Below are positions 12,008 to 24,992 of a DNA stretch of 64,000 nucleotides, in pieces (position 1 is the stretch's first letter; each line of letters begins with the position of its first letter). The position numbers and the translations under genes are program-made. This stretch comes from Scyliorhinus canicula (taxonomy: Eukaryota): assembly GCF_902713615.1 (NCBI RefSeq), contig NC_052152.1:182650712-182714711 (forward strand). Direction: 5' to 3'. The notes below the pieces were generated by a model that was not told where the DNA came from, ran no database searches, and worked only from the letters and a program-made list of their open reading frames with translations.

Positions 12008-13779
12008 GCTTTGTCCCTCTCTTACAAAAAGGGGAAGCTCAGAAGGAACCAATTATAAAGAGGCAATAGCCAAAATGCGTATCCTATATGGCCCAAAATC
12101 TCTAGACCTCACAGCTGGCAGGTGGCAGGTTCAGTTTTTGCCCTCACCCCTGGTGACTGTTAGAACATTGGTGCAAGTTGGGGCTACTTGGGGATAATGC
12201 AAAGGATTCAGTTTGACAGTTCCCTGACAGAGGCTACTATTGCCTGGCAGCACAGTCACATCTAAGCCCCTGTGTGAAAGGTCTGTCATGCCTATGGCAA
12301 GTGTCGGGTGTGCGGGATCCAGGTGGGTTTCCCAGCGGTGTGGGGTGGCTTCAATGGGAAATCCCATTGAGGAGTGGCGGGAAGAGAGAATCCCACCACG
12401 AGGGAATGGGGCGCCACCGGGAAACACACAGCTGGGGTCTGGATAATCCTGCTCACAACTACTTTGTCTTCTAAGTGAATTTAGAAATACACACCATTGA
12501 GATAAATAAATTCTCCAGATCAGTACCCCTAATGATGGCTTCATAACACATTGAAACTGATGTTCATTTTTGCCTTGATCAAACAAATATATCCTGATGG
12601 TTAAAAATTATGTTACAAGTAATCCTATTATTTTTCAATACTTGAGTTTTTTCAGAAGAGATAATTTTACTAAAGGTAATCCTTTGGTACAATTGGCAGG
12701 TCAGTATTGTAGTCCAGGAAGTGATTTTAAACAATTGGTATAGTTATTTTAAAGAAAATGCGAGGTCCCATTCAAAATAAAGCAGAGCGGTATCATTCAA
12801 TTCTAGACTGACACTATATTATTTATAACTTGACCATCATTTAATATTTTATATAATGCTTGCACCCTTACACGACGTACAGAGAGTAAAGTGGGAAATG
12901 TCAAAAATAATGGATTTACTCAAGGCATCATATATTTTCAAGATGGCTTACCCTAGGAACATGTATTAATAACCTCAAAATGCTACAGTTTCCAATAGAT
13001 GTCCATAAAGCTTTGATATATTATATATATTAGCAGAATAAAATTGCAACTTTCAAACCCAAGGTCACTCTCCAATATGATTCATTCACAAAATATCAAA
13101 GCTGCATTAGTATTCCATCTAAATAAATAGTCAATCGCTGAAAATTGTTGCAGAAGTGACTTTACTGAGTGGAACATCCATTCTTACATTTTTAATGATA
13201 AAGACAAATGAATGAATGGTTGCTTTCCAAGGACAGGAGATAGACAGTCCAATAGAAATGACACAATATTTGAATATAAGTTTTCAATAAATTACCGCAG
13301 ACAGCAGTTATAGTATAATTCTCTGTTTACTCTCCCTCATTTTTTTGAAACATTTATCACATGTATATCTTCCACCCTCTGTCCTTCCATACTGCTTCTA
13401 GCTAATTTGGAGCTCTTTGGATATTAGTTTTGACGAACTATTCCCACTACCGGCACAGAAAGAATTGAAGGCCGATCTATGGAAGATGATTTGCGCATTT
13501 TGTGATTAAGACTAATTGAATAAAGATACTGTCAAGTTCGATTTTTCTCAAGTGCATTGTATTGAAATGCAATCATGTATTTAAAGTTCCAGCTAGCTTG
13601 CCAGTCATGTAACCTCTGCCACGAGACACTGGCTGTAAGCAACCATGTTACGTTCAGTTCTAGTAAAAACCGAGTCAAATAATCACTTTGCTCCTTGACA
13701 GCTGTGAAGCTGAGATTGAATTTTGAAGAGCTGTAAAGAAGCACAGCTACTAAAATGAGAACAGATAAATATTCAGAGC

Positions 13780-16000
13780 TGCTGAAAGTAAAAAGGACTT
13801 TTCCAGGTCATGACAAAGTGACAGCGATGCTGCAATGAACAGATGTGAAAACAGTGCAAAAATTTGTTGGATTTGTGAACAATTGAGTAAAGTTTTGCCT
13901 AATTTGCCAGGAATGTAAATCTTATCACAGCTCACTGCCAGGCATGTTGATGGATCTCTGTGTCCATTCAGAACCCTGGATATCCGTTATCCCTTCTCAG
14001 TCCCCAAATAACAGAGATCAAGTCTGTGCTTATTGGCAAAGCTCAGTTGAACCTCATTTGTCAGCTTGTGGTGCCCACTGGTAACTTTATTTTCAATACA
14101 ACATCAAGAGAATTCTGACTAGCCCTTTAGCAAGTCAGTCAGATTGATTGTCTTTAGCGAATACACAGTGGTTGAGTTTAAAATACAAATTGTGGTAATT
14201 CTTCCAATAATAATAATATTTAAACAAAAGAAAGGTGGCGATTTAGCAAAAGCAAGCCAAGAGAATAGGTTTCAGAAAGAGATAGATTGATTCTGGAATG
14301 GATTTTTCCATCCCAACAAGTGATTCTTGAGAAGATTATTATCTTAAGGTTTCATGTTCTTTACAGCTGTGATTGGCTTTAACTAATTTATTATTCACTC
14401 AATTCGGCCAAACTGTCTGTCCGTAAATTTAAGAGAGATATGTATTTAAATATATTGGTACAAACCTTCCCATACCATCGCTTGCCAATTTTCCAAATTA
14501 TCGACACCTGCATCTCAACATTAATTAGAAAACAACACAGCCTGCAAGACATTATAACCTTAGACTGAGTATTACCATGAAAACAGAACTGTCCAGGCTG
14601 GGAAAGCAGTAACATACAATAGGGTCTTTTTGCGAATTGACGTCACTGACCTTGCTTCTCTCAAGCAATTTGCAAATGTTAAAGTCTAGTTTCAATTAAA
14701 GAAAACTAAAGTGCATTATCTGGATGAACCCTTAATGTGTCTCCAGCTATTTTTGCACTGAATGAGTTCTCATTTAAACCTCTTATATCTGACTAGAATA
14801 GTCAATTTCTATCAGATGTGCAGTGGCATCGAGGCACAAAACATGCAGCAATGTCCACTAAAATCAAACTACTAGTGATGAATGCGAGTGTTGAAGTACT
14901 ATGATATCAATGATGAAGTCAACTTGCAGCATGACGCATGTGAGGCACATTTTGGAGCAACTCTAATGCAGCAAGGACAATTGTATTTGCATCCAGGGTG
15001 TTAATGCAAGCTAAACGATGCTGTGCTCAGATCGAGAAAAAATGCCTGGCTTTTGTCTTTGCTTGTGAGCATTTTCATCAATAGCTGCTTGGGAGAGACA
15101 AAGCAACAGTGGAGCCTGACCACAAGTCAGTTGAAAGAATTTTCTTCAAATCATTACTGTCTGCTCCGAAGCAGCTGTAAAGAATGATATGGCATACAAG
15201 AAAGAAGCAGATCTACATTACTGCTGATATGCTGTCGAGAGCAGCACTCCCGGTGAAGAAAGTGGAAGATACAAAAACAGAATGACAAATCTTTCAGATT
15301 CAACGTAAAGCAGCAGCTTGACATGTTCTGGGTGTCATCAACCCAGAAGGAATATTGAACTGAAGCAAACTACCCAACAAGACATAACCCTCGAAGTGAG
15401 GCAAGAAGAGGAAGTGATGAAAGGATGGCCTGAAAGCATCAGACACATCTATCATCACAAGCATGTATTGGGCATATCAAGATTAACTGATAGCACAAGA
15501 TGGAATCCTGTACAAAGGATATAGAGTCATCATCCTTTAGGAGATGAGAAGAGAGATGCTGAAGTGTGCATCCATAGATGCCATCAAGGAACTGGGTGGT
15601 GTCTGTGGAAGGCAAGGGAACTGCCCGGCTGGCACAAATGAGCAATCAAATTAAGGATCACGTCAGCAGGTGCAGTACTTGGGATGAGTACCAATCTAAG
15701 CAAGCTAGAGAGCCATTGGTGATGCATGGCATCACAGATAGATCATGGATGAACCTGGGAGTAGGATTATCTTGTCACAAGACTATTATTCTGACTCTGG
15801 GAGTTAGACCAGCTGACTTCAACAGCTACCAATGAGATTGTAGAATGTCAAAAAGCACCCTTTAGTCATTAACAGCATTTGAAACATTTTGAAGAGTGGA
15901 AATGGCCCTCAGTTCACAAATTCAGCCGCTTCACAAAGGATTGGGAAATTTAACATTGTACATTGAATATTGTAGAGCCAGTCAGGGTAAAATCCTTCAA
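13780..16000 (+). pseudogene. old Gypsy LTR-retrotransposon pol relic (RT end, RNase H, integrase N-terminus)
   Basis: Fragments FVGFVN..KVLPNL..LTARDVQWH and VLKYYDINDEVNLQHDACE..GATLMQQG..FASRVL..AQIEKKCLAFVFACEHFHQ*LLGRDK..VEPDHK..APKQL*RM. Many stops and frameshifts. Interrupted by 13948-14814. Confidence 0.8.
13948..14814 (-). mobile_element. solo LTR nested in the old Gypsy pol
   Basis: TG...CA ends (TGATGGAT / TTCTATCA), 5-bp flanking repeat CATGT/GATGT. Removal restores LTARDVQWH. Minus-strand AATAAA near 14086-14091. Confidence 0.6.
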
Positions 16001-16166
16001 TGCTCTTAACAGGAGTCAGCCCACATGGCAACTTGGGGCATTGCATAGTGACATTGATTACAAGTGGTAGATGTGAATAGCAAAATATACCAGTGCAACC
16101 ACAGGCATATAGGCACACTAGAGCAACTGTTCCTTTGTACAGGTGGCCAATCAGACAGATGGGGGG

Positions 16167-16328
16167 GGCGGGATTCTCTTCCGGCGTGATTCTCCGTTTT
16201 GGTGGCGCCCAGGGGTTTCTCATGGCATGGGGCTGCCCCACAATGGGAACCCCCATTGATCGGCCAGCGTAACGGAGAATCCTGCCGGCGGGTCGAGGCT
16301 GAACGGGACGTGGCAGAGAATCCAGCCC
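16167..16328. mobile_element. Harbinger-type mini-MITE
   Basis: TIR-like ends GGGCGGGATTCTC / GAGAATCCAGCCC. Same core as 11860-12007. Confidence 0.65.
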
Positions 16329-16921
16329 GGGATCTCACAAGCTGCACATAGTACAGAGGACCATCACTCCCAGAGACCATTGGTCCCCAACAATGGAAAT
16401 GGAACAACAACAGTTGCCACAACAGGTAACACAGATGTTACTCTGCCCAAAGAGCGAACATCACCTAAACAAGCAGCCAATGACAATGCACACAGGTACC
16501 ATTAAGAACCCTGCAGTATGCAGTGCATGTGCAGAGATGGACAATAATAACAAACAATTTGTTAATGCATGAGAATAGTTATTGTACAGGGGACAATTTG
16601 GGTAATTCACAGTTACACATGACAGCGTGGAGCAAATGTATCTTTTGTTTATTATGAAAAAGTTGGATGTTTTGATTGAAATGAAGTAATGTACAAAAGG
16701 TCTTCACCTGTTTGTTGTTACATTCAGTTCTAATAAAGACATTGTACAATAAGCACTGTGCTCTTTGACCATGTAACAAAGCCTGTGCTAAAATTTGTAA
16801 AATGATAATATTAGAAACAGAATATTTTCAGTGTTCTTTGCATTATTTGGCTTTTAGTGTTTTTACTGACTGCAGTACAACATTTGTTTTGTGTACACCA
16901 CTGGCAACTTAGCTGGAGAGT

Positions 16922-17148
16922 CGGGCAGCACGGTGGCCTAGTAGTTAGCACAACCGCCTCACGGCGCTGAAGTCCCAGGTTCGATCCCGGCTCTGGGTCA
17001 CTGTCCGTGTGGAGTTTGCACATTCTCCCCGTGTTTGCGTGGGTTTCGCCCCCACAACCCAAAGATGTGCAGAGTAGGTGGATTGGCCACGCTAAATTGC
17101 CCCTTAATTGGAAAAAATAATTGGGTAATCTAAATTTATAAAAAAAGA
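16922..17148 (+). mobile_element. short HE1-derived SINE, type B, with poly-A
   Basis: Perfect 16-bp TSD AACTTAGCTGGAGAGT at 16906-16921 and 17149-17164. Confidence 0.92.
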
Positions 17149-17349
17149 AACTTAGCTGGAGAGTGATTGCACAGATCAGAAACTGTTATTCAGGTTAATT
17201 CAGGGATCAAATTCACACCATCCTAATTAGAATAGGCCATTTATAAAGTTTGAAAAATCGGAGATTGGAGGAGAAGGATGAACTTTTAAAAATGTAATCT
17301 CCAAGGCTTTATAGAGCTGTAGCAAATCTTCCTTTCTTATCATTTGAAA

Positions 17350-17830
17350 ATAAGATACTTGAATCTTTCTCCTTTTCTGTACAAAATAGATGACCTCACA
17401 TTTAACGGTGTTAAAGTCTGCCACATTTTCCCCTCTCTTAACCTATCAATGTATCTTTTCAATTTTATGCATCTGTCTGGAGTATTTACAATGCCACCAG
17501 TCTTTAGGACACTGGCAAACCTCGATATATGACTCTGTATTGTATTCTCTATGTACTTGGTAACTATAGTGAATAGTTGAGGCTACGGCACTGATAATTG
17601 CAGAACACCATTCATTAATTCCTTTCAATTTGAGTACATATCCATTATTCCTGCTCTACTGCTGAACAATACCCTAATCCAACAATTCCATGAACTTTAC
17701 TAGCGTTCTCATATGTAGAATCTTATCAATTATCTTCTGGAAGTCCATATCAACTACATCCAAGAATATTCCCCATTACTTTAGTTACTTCCTCAAAAAA
17801 AATCCAATTGGCTTCATTATACCTATCCCA
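17350..17830 (-). mobile_element. CR1 LINE RT fragment (degenerate)
   Basis: Minus strand gives ADFNTVKCEVIYF and a ..FAS.PK.GG.V-like motif, corresponding to CR1 WQMxFNVxKCEVxHF and FADDTKxGGxV. Confidence 0.6.
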
Positions 17831-18117
17831 ACCATGACATTCATCTGCATTTAAATGGCCCAATTTCAATGATGTAGATTAATCATGATGCACTGGTGCC
17901 TAAAAGAGAACTGACAGTCGAATAACATGCATCAACCATGGCATGGCTAATTTTGAGAACTTGACTAGACCTTGCATGACCCAAAGTATATCAGATCTTG
18001 AGTTCAATGACAACTAGTAAGCAGGGAGCAATTTTTCCAATGAATACCTTTCAATATCTTTTGCAGTTGTTGGAAAAAGGAGGCATTTTATATTTGTCCA
18101 TTATACAGAGAGGGTAT

Positions 18118-18280
18118 AATCCACCTACCCTGCACTTCTTTGGGTTGTAGGGGTGAGATTCACGCAGACACGGGGAGAATGTGTAAAGTCCACACGGACA
18201 GTTACCCGGGGCTGGGATCAAACCCAGGTCCTCTGCGGCATGAGGCAGCAGTGCTAACTACTGCGCCAGCGTACCATCCC
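18118..18280 (-). mobile_element. partial V-SINE (type B-like)
   Basis: CACGCAGACACGGGGAGAA..CTCCACACGGACAG..TGAGGCAGCAGTGCTAAC. Confidence 0.75.
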
Positions 18281-18545
18281 AGGTCTATTATTTTAATGGC
18301 TGAAGCTTATGCAAAATAGGAGACATGGAAATAATATATTATGAATATTCATCTGCTGATACGGTCAAGGTAATTTCTAGGTTCCAAAGAATGTAATAGT
18401 ATGACATTAAACTAGTTGAAATAAAAGCTATTTCTCGCTAAAGACTCTAGAATTTGGTAATGTCAGCACATCACACTTAAGCTGACTCAGATTCCAAATT
18501 AATTAATTAATTTTTTTTGTTGGAAATGTATAAAAGTCTAATATA

Positions 18546-18744
18546 TGAAATGAAAATGAAAATGAAAATTGCTTATTGTCACAAGTAGGCTTCAATGAAG
18601 TTACTGTGCAAAGTCCCTCGTTGCCACATTCCGGCGCCTGTCCGGGGAGGCTGGTACGGGAATCGAACCGTGCTGCTGGCCTGCTTTAAAAGCCAGCGAT
18701 TTAGCCCAATGAGCTAAAACAGCCCCGTGAGCTAAACCAGCGCC
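18546..18744 (-). mobile_element. short tRNA-SINE, type D, (TTTCA)n tail, duplicated 5' end
   Basis: Reverse complement of GGGCTGGTTTAGC..GGGCTAAATCGCTGGCTTTTAAAGCAG..GGTTCGATTCCCGTACCAGCC..GGAATGTGGC..ACTTGTGACAATAAGC. Confidence 0.85.
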
Positions 18745-19628
18745 ATATATGGTGATGACTGCAATAAAGGACTTTAAAACCACATTGTCCCAAACAGCGA
18801 GTGTAAAGTCTCTTGACAGTCTTCAAGATTCTCCAGTATTTGTTTTAGTGCTGTCTCAGCCACCCTTCCCATATGTATGTAGTTCAGTCTTTCCTTCTAT
18901 CCTAAAGGTCTGAGATTTGAAGCCCAAGGAGATTTTTAAATTACCAAAAATGCACTCTCCGAGTTCCTGTTAACATAAGAAAACCATATAATAATGATTT
19001 AATGCATTTCTACTTGTCTTTTTAACAGCTTCATGATTCATAGATCAAATGAAGTCCTCCTAAGTTAATTAACACTATAGTAATGTTCAGTAGCCAAACA
19101 TAATAGTTGTCACCTAACAGCCACAAATACTGAAACCAAGCAGGCATCTCATAACTTATCTTGCCGTGGCTTTAGAGAACAATGCAGTCATTTCTATTAA
19201 TTCACAGCGCACGTAGTGCCTGCATCTACCTATATATAGTAGCAATGCCATGGAATTTGTCACATTGACCCAGTAATAGATTTTTTATTTGCAAGATTTG
19301 ATTCTAGCTTCTACCATTTTGTCATAGGTTTTAACAATTTGCAACATGTCAACTTAATCCAGAACATTTCTGTGACTTTCCAACTATATACAAAACAGTT
19401 GCATTGATGCTGTGATTGAATACAATGCTGGCTATGTAAATGTGGTCCTGAAGAGTGACAAATGCTATTTTCTGACTGTGGATTACAATTCATATTTTTC
19501 ATCTCTGTGGTTCAGCATGAACGTTAGATTCAAATTTAATATCAGCTTTGCCACATGACTTTTCAAGTGCAAGCAACAGTGTGTACACAGTTCAGTGCCT
19601 AGTTCAGCCTCATGGGAGAATTTAGCAT

Positions 19629-20189
19629 TGTCATGTGGGGGTACCTTTAAAAAATGGGTGTTTATCAGTGCGGGTGGAGCTGGGCTGTCTGTCAGATTTT
19701 TACTTTTGTTTTAGGCTGTTTGCTGCAGGGTATGGTTTAGTTTTGTTTTCGGTGTTGGAGCTGAAGCCAGACAAAGCAGGTGTACTGTTGATCTCTCTGC
19801 CATGAAAAGACTATCTCTTGATCATTTGGTGAATTCAGAATTATAAATGTTCTCCATAGTGAATGTAAACCTAATGTGCTTCTGTTAAAAGGTGTTTCTT
19901 TTGTCTTCTGGATGTTGTTTGGGAAGTTATTAAGGATTACTTAGTGTTGTATTCGTTGGGGGTCGTATTTGAATTGTTGGTTGCGAAGATGTTCACTGTA
20001 TGTTTTAAAAAGGTTAACTTGAGTTCATAGAATAAACATTGATTTGCTTTAAAAAAATACTTTTCAATTTCTGCTGTACCACACCTGCAGAGTGGACCGT
20101 GTGCTCCCCATACCACAATCTATTAAAAGTTGTGGGTCAGGTGAACTCCATGATACACTTTGGGGTTCTCTAAACCCTGGCCCATAACA
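19629..20189 (+). mobile_element. solo LTR (Gypsy-like, 561 bp)
   Basis: Ends TGTCATG...CATAACA, perfect 4-bp TSD GCAT (19625-19628 and 20190-20193), AATAAA at 20031. Confidence 0.8.
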
Positions 20190-20714
20190 GCATTTACATA
20201 TTGGTAAAGAATACTGAATTGCATATCATTACTGTCTACTGATAGGCTTATTCACGACAGTTTGCCAACTCCTGTATGTTTGAGAATGATAGAACAGAGT
20301 TCCTCTGTTTAACCGTAATAACAACATCTATGTATATGGTGCTTTAATATAAACCCAAGGCACATCAGAGGAGCTTTATCAAGCAAATCAAGGAGCTATA
20401 TATTGGGCGTGACTTATCAGAAAAATATGTCATTTTGAGCGCATTTAGCGGGTGTTTCTTGACGGCCGCATTGACGAGATCCCAGCCTGATTTTAACTGC
20501 ACATCGTGCGGAAAAGCCACCACGAGCGTCTCGTCATCACTGGCTGTCTTGTGGTCTGATTTGCCAGACTCCAACCTCAGCGTCTCGCTGCTAACAAGCT
20601 TTGAAATGCATCCCTACTTTTAAATGCTCCATCACCACTCACTCCCAGTCAACACATAAGCATGGCATCATACAGAACTGCTTCCCGCTTTGGGAATGCC
20701 GACCTGCAATTCTA

Positions 20715-20822
20715 CAAAGCTCAGCTTTGACAAAAAGTCATCCGAACTCAAAACCTGAGCTCTCTTTTCTCTCCACAGATGTTGTCAGGCCTGCTCAGAT
20801 TATCCAGTATTATCTGTTTTTG
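20715..20822 (+). mobile_element. PLE terminal-repeat fragment with a decayed hammerhead
   Basis: AGCTTTGACAAAAAGTCATCCGAACTCAAAACCTGAGCTCT..CTCTCCACAGATG is homologous to 9672-9770. Mini-inversion CAAAGCT-C-AGCTTTG at the 5' end. Confidence 0.65.
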
Positions 20823-21789
20823 TTAAGGAAATATTACTGTTCCATATTGGTACCAGTATAAAGCTATATCAGCTCATTTTCACACAAAAATAACACATGT
20901 GTCACGCCTCACAGGTTCCTCAACAAAAATAGAGGCTAAGCCTTTGAATGTGCTATCATGTCCAAAACTTTGTATTCCAGGCTGCAGTTATCTTGGAAAA
21001 AAACTGTCCTCTTTTCTAGCTGCAGAAAATGAAGGAAACAGCTACCGTCAGACATTTACGGCAGCTACAGCTGTGAACTGTTCTTCTGCGAAGTGGGCTC
21101 ACAACTAACATGGCCAATTTGTTATTAGCAATAGCCTGCAGCTGTGAAGCTAGAGGCTGCCCACGGTCAAAGGGAGTTAAAGTGACCTGCAGCATATAAT
21201 CAAGAATAGGGCTCCATCCTGGAAGAGTTTGGTAGGACAGATGCATAACAGCTCCCTGTTTTGGAGATCCACAATATTTAAAGACGGCTTGAAGGCCTCA
21301 GAGATGAAAAAGCCCCTCACCGCCCCAGCTAGGCCCAGGGGCAACCCCAGACCTGGAATGCTTCAGCCCCCCAACCAAGCCCCTCCACCATAAGAGGTTC
21401 CCTCCACCCACTGGGGGGCACTGGGGCAGCAATTTCAGTGCTGCTCACCTCCTCAGTTCCCCTCAGCAGCCATTGTGCCAGCTTCACTACTTTACAAAGG
21501 AGTATTGAACGACACCCACTGATTTCTCACCGAGAAGCTGGTTAACTCCCGGGAGGCTGTTACATTTGACTTCAATCCCACTAATAAAATGGAAATTAAT
21601 GCAAATAGTGGTAAGGATATGCTCGCCATGTTTGGGCAAGACCTGGAACTCTCCATCAGGAGCAGGCTGGTTAGATGGCAAATTGATTTGCACTAGGCCC
21701 GAATCTTGATTTTGGCCTTTCCTGCTATTTAACCGGCGCATCCAGATCTGTGCTGGGTGCAATGGAATGGTTAAATCACGCCCATTATT

Positions 21790-22570
21790 TCTGATATCCA
21801 AAAGCTTGGTCAACATGCAAAGTTTTAAGGATTAACTTAAGGAGGTGTAGCACGGTGGCGCAGCGGTTAGCACTGCTGCCTCACGGCGCCAAGGTTCGAT
21901 CCCGGCTCTGGGTCACTGTCCGTGTGGAGTTTGCACATTCTCCTCTGTGGGTTTCGCCCCACAACCCAAAGAATGTGCAGAGTAGATTGATTGGCCACGC
22001 TAAATCGCCCCTTCATTGGAAAAAATTAATTGGTACTCTAAATTTATCCAAAAAAAAGAAGAAACTTAAGGAGGGAGGTTTAACATAGAGATTGAGTGAA
22101 GGAATTTGATAACTAATGGCTTTAAGCATTTGAAGGCACAGCCGCCATTGATGAAGTAATTGAAAACCAAGAATGCTAAAGGGGCCAGAATTGGAGGGAC
22201 ATGTATATTGTGGGACGTTTTGGGGCTGGCGGTAGAGATAGGAGGGCTGAGTACATGAAGGGATTTGAAAGCAAGGTTTAAGAACTTTGAAAATCGAGGT
22301 GGTGCTTAAAATGTCAGCAAGTGCTGGGTGATGGGCAATGGAAAGTGAAGCAAGTTAAACATGGAGAGCAAGGTTTTGGGTGGCCTCAAAGTTACGGAGG
22401 GTCGAATTTGAGGATAGCCCAAAGTGCATTGGAATAGAAGGATACAAGGCTAGAATGATGGTTTCTGCAGCAGATCAGCTAAGGTGGAGTTGGGTGACCT
22501 GACAGAAGTAGAAGTTGGTGTACTTAGAGATGGCATGGGAAATCTAGCTTGGGCTCAAATATGACCCCAA
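21790..22570 (-). mobile_element. L2-type LINE fragment (old), interrupted by a SINE
   Basis: Purine-rich motifs typical of antisense shark L2 (TGAAGGCACAGCCGCCA, GGGATTTGAAAGCAAGG..AGAACTTTGAAA). Homologous to 54700-56220. Confidence 0.5.
21846..22062 (+). mobile_element. short HE1-derived SINE, type B, with poly-A
   Basis: 12-bp TSD AACTTAAGGAGG at 21834-21845 and 22063-22074. Confidence 0.9.
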
Positions 22571-22889
22571 AGGGGTAAAACCATAAAAGCTACAGGGGAT
22601 CTGTTGCTGTCATTCTGAATGCTACTCAAAAGGTTCATAAATATATATAGTCATTATGTACTCTCTCAAAGAACCTACAACTCCACTCACCCGACATGAA
22701 GATACTGGCAGGTTGTCTACGCAGGAAAGACTAATCAGGAGAGAGAAAAGGAAAAAAAAAGATCTGACTGGATTAATTTGAACACCAACACTGTTAACCA
22801 CACAGTAATTGTCTCTGCCAGGTCAAATTGGAAGGACAATGCAGAAATTGGATATAGGAGTACGTAATGTTAAAAAGAGTAATTAGAAG

Positions 22890-23903
22890 GGTGACCAGGA
22901 TATTAAAGAGAGTAGCTACAGAGATGGTGGATGCACTGGTAGTAATCTTCCGAGAATCCTTAAATTCTGGAAAAGTCCAGAAAACTGCCAATGTGACACC
23001 CTTATTCAAAAAAGGCGGGGGGCAAAAAATAAATAAGTATACACCAATTAGCTTAACTTCTGTCATTGGGAGAATGGTAGAGTCCATTATCAAGGATGTA
23101 ATAGCAGGGCATTTAGAAATGCACTATATAATTAAACAAAGTCAGCATGACTTCATGAAGGGCAAATCATGCCTGACAAATTTATTAGAATTCTTTGAGA
23201 TGGTAATGAGCAGGCTAGATGAAGGGGATCCAGCAGATGTAATACACTTGGGGCGCAATTCTCCGCACTCACGACGGTGCGGAGAATATCGGGGGTCGTA
23301 AATTTTTACGGCCACGCTAGTCTGACGCCCTCCTGCTATTCTCCCCCCCCCCCATGCCCGACTCCCGACACGAATCGCTGCCGCCGTTTTTTTACGGCGA
23401 GCAGCGATTCTCAGCTGGCCGATGGGCCGAAGTCCAAGCCCTTTACGGCCGTTTTTACGAACGGCAAACACACCTGGTCTGGCCGTTCGTAAAAACGGCC
23501 GTAAAGTTTGGATCTTGGCAACCATGGCACCGATTGGCACGGCCGTACCACGGCCGTGCCAAGGGTGCCATGGGCCCGCGATCGGTGGGCACCAATCGCG
23601 GGCAGCGGGTCCGATTCCCGCGCACTCTTTGTCCTTCCGCCGCCCCGCTGTATCCATTCGCGGGGCGGCTGAGGGGCATCCCGGCCCGCGCATGCGCGGG
23701 TTTCGCGCAAATGCGCGATGACGTCATCCGCGCATGCGCAGGTTGGAGTCTTCCAATCCGCGCATGCGCGGCTGACGTCATGTGACGCGTCAGCCGTCGC
23801 AAACTCTGGCAAGCGGGCTTAACGAAATTCATTAAGCCCGCGATGCCGGAGTTCACGGCATCGGCATGCTAGCCCCAACCGGGGACCAGAATCGGTTCCC
23901 GGT

Positions 23904-23944
<41 letters not shown>

Positions 23945-24655
23945 GGGAGGCTGGCGTCAAACCCGCCCGTTTTTGACGCCAGCCTTACGATTTCTCCCTG
24001 TTTGGGAGAATCGCGCCCTTGGATTTTCAAAGATGCATTTGACAAGGTACCACACAATAGCCTACCTATAAGAGCCCATTGTGTTGGGGTAGTACATTTG
24101 CATAGATAGAGGATTGGCAAACTGATAGAAGACAGAGAGTTGGGATAAGAATAGCATTTTCAGGATGGCAGCCTGTAACTAATGGAGTGCCACAGAGGTC
24201 TGTGCTGGGGCCACAATTATTCACTATATATATATTAATGACTTGGATGAGGGAAGTGAATGCATTATTGCCAAGTTTGCCGATGACACAAAGATAGGTG
24301 GGAAGACAAGTGGTGAGGAATACACAAAGAGTCTGCACAGGGATATAGACAGGTTGGTGAGTGGGCAAAGGCTTGGCAGATGGAATTTAATGCAGGAAAA
24401 TGTGAAGTTACGCGCTTTGATAGGATTAATAAAGGAGCTGAATATGATTTAAATAGAGAAAATCAGAAGAAGACTGCAGCACAGAGAATTTTGTGCATAA
24501 AAGCTAGCATGCAAATTCATCAGGTAATTGGGAAGCCTTTATTTAAAAGGGAACGGAGTATAAAAATAGCAAAGTTCTGCTAAAACTATGCAAGGCACTA
24601 GTTAGGCCACACCTAGAATATTGTGAACAGTTTTGGTTCCCAGATCTGAAAATCA
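22890..24655 (+). mobile_element. CR1 LINE ORF2 RT fragment, split by a Harbinger MITE
   Basis: ANVTPLFKKG..YTPISLTSVIGRMVESII..QHDFMKGKSCLTNLLEFFE..DVIHL|DFQ.AFDKVPH..GVPQRSVLGP..KFADDTKIGG..VRPHLEYC.QFW. Frameshifted. Confidence 0.92.
23251..24018. mobile_element. CpG-rich PIF/Harbinger MITE (768 bp)
   Basis: TIRs GGGCGCAATTCTCC / GGAGAATCGCGCCC, 3-bp TSD TTG (23248-23250 and 24019-24021). Excision restores the CR1 motif DVIHLDFQ. Confidence 0.9.
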
Positions 24656-24661
24656 ATGCTG

Positions 24662-24992
24662 CATAGAATCATAGAATCTCGACAGTGCAGAAGGAGGCCA
24701 CTCGGCCCATCAAGTCTGCACCGGCACTTGGAAAGAGCACCTTACCTAGGCCCACACCTCCACTCTATCCCCGTAACCACTAACCCCACCTAACCTTTTG
24801 GATGCTAAGGGACAATTTAGCATGGTCAATCCTCCTAACCTGGACTGTGGGAGGAATCCGGAGCACCCAGAGGAAACGCACGCAGACACGGGGAGAACCT
24901 GCAGACTCCACACAGTCAGCAGAGGCCGGAGTTGAATCCGGTTCCCTGGCGCTGTGAGGCAGCAGTGCTAACCACTGTACCACCGTGCCGCC
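24662..24992 (-). mobile_element. HE1-type V-SINE, type A
   Basis: (CATAGAAT)n tail, CAGTGCAGAAGGAGGCC, V core, tRNA head. Confidence 0.88.

Noticed and set aside
23905-23943. Long poly-G/poly-C runs (also near 3086, 4433, 8586, 51882, 53555, 58367)
   Set aside because: They are homopolymer tracts inside Harbinger-type repeats with unreliable assembled lengths. G-quadruplex potential alone does not indicate function.
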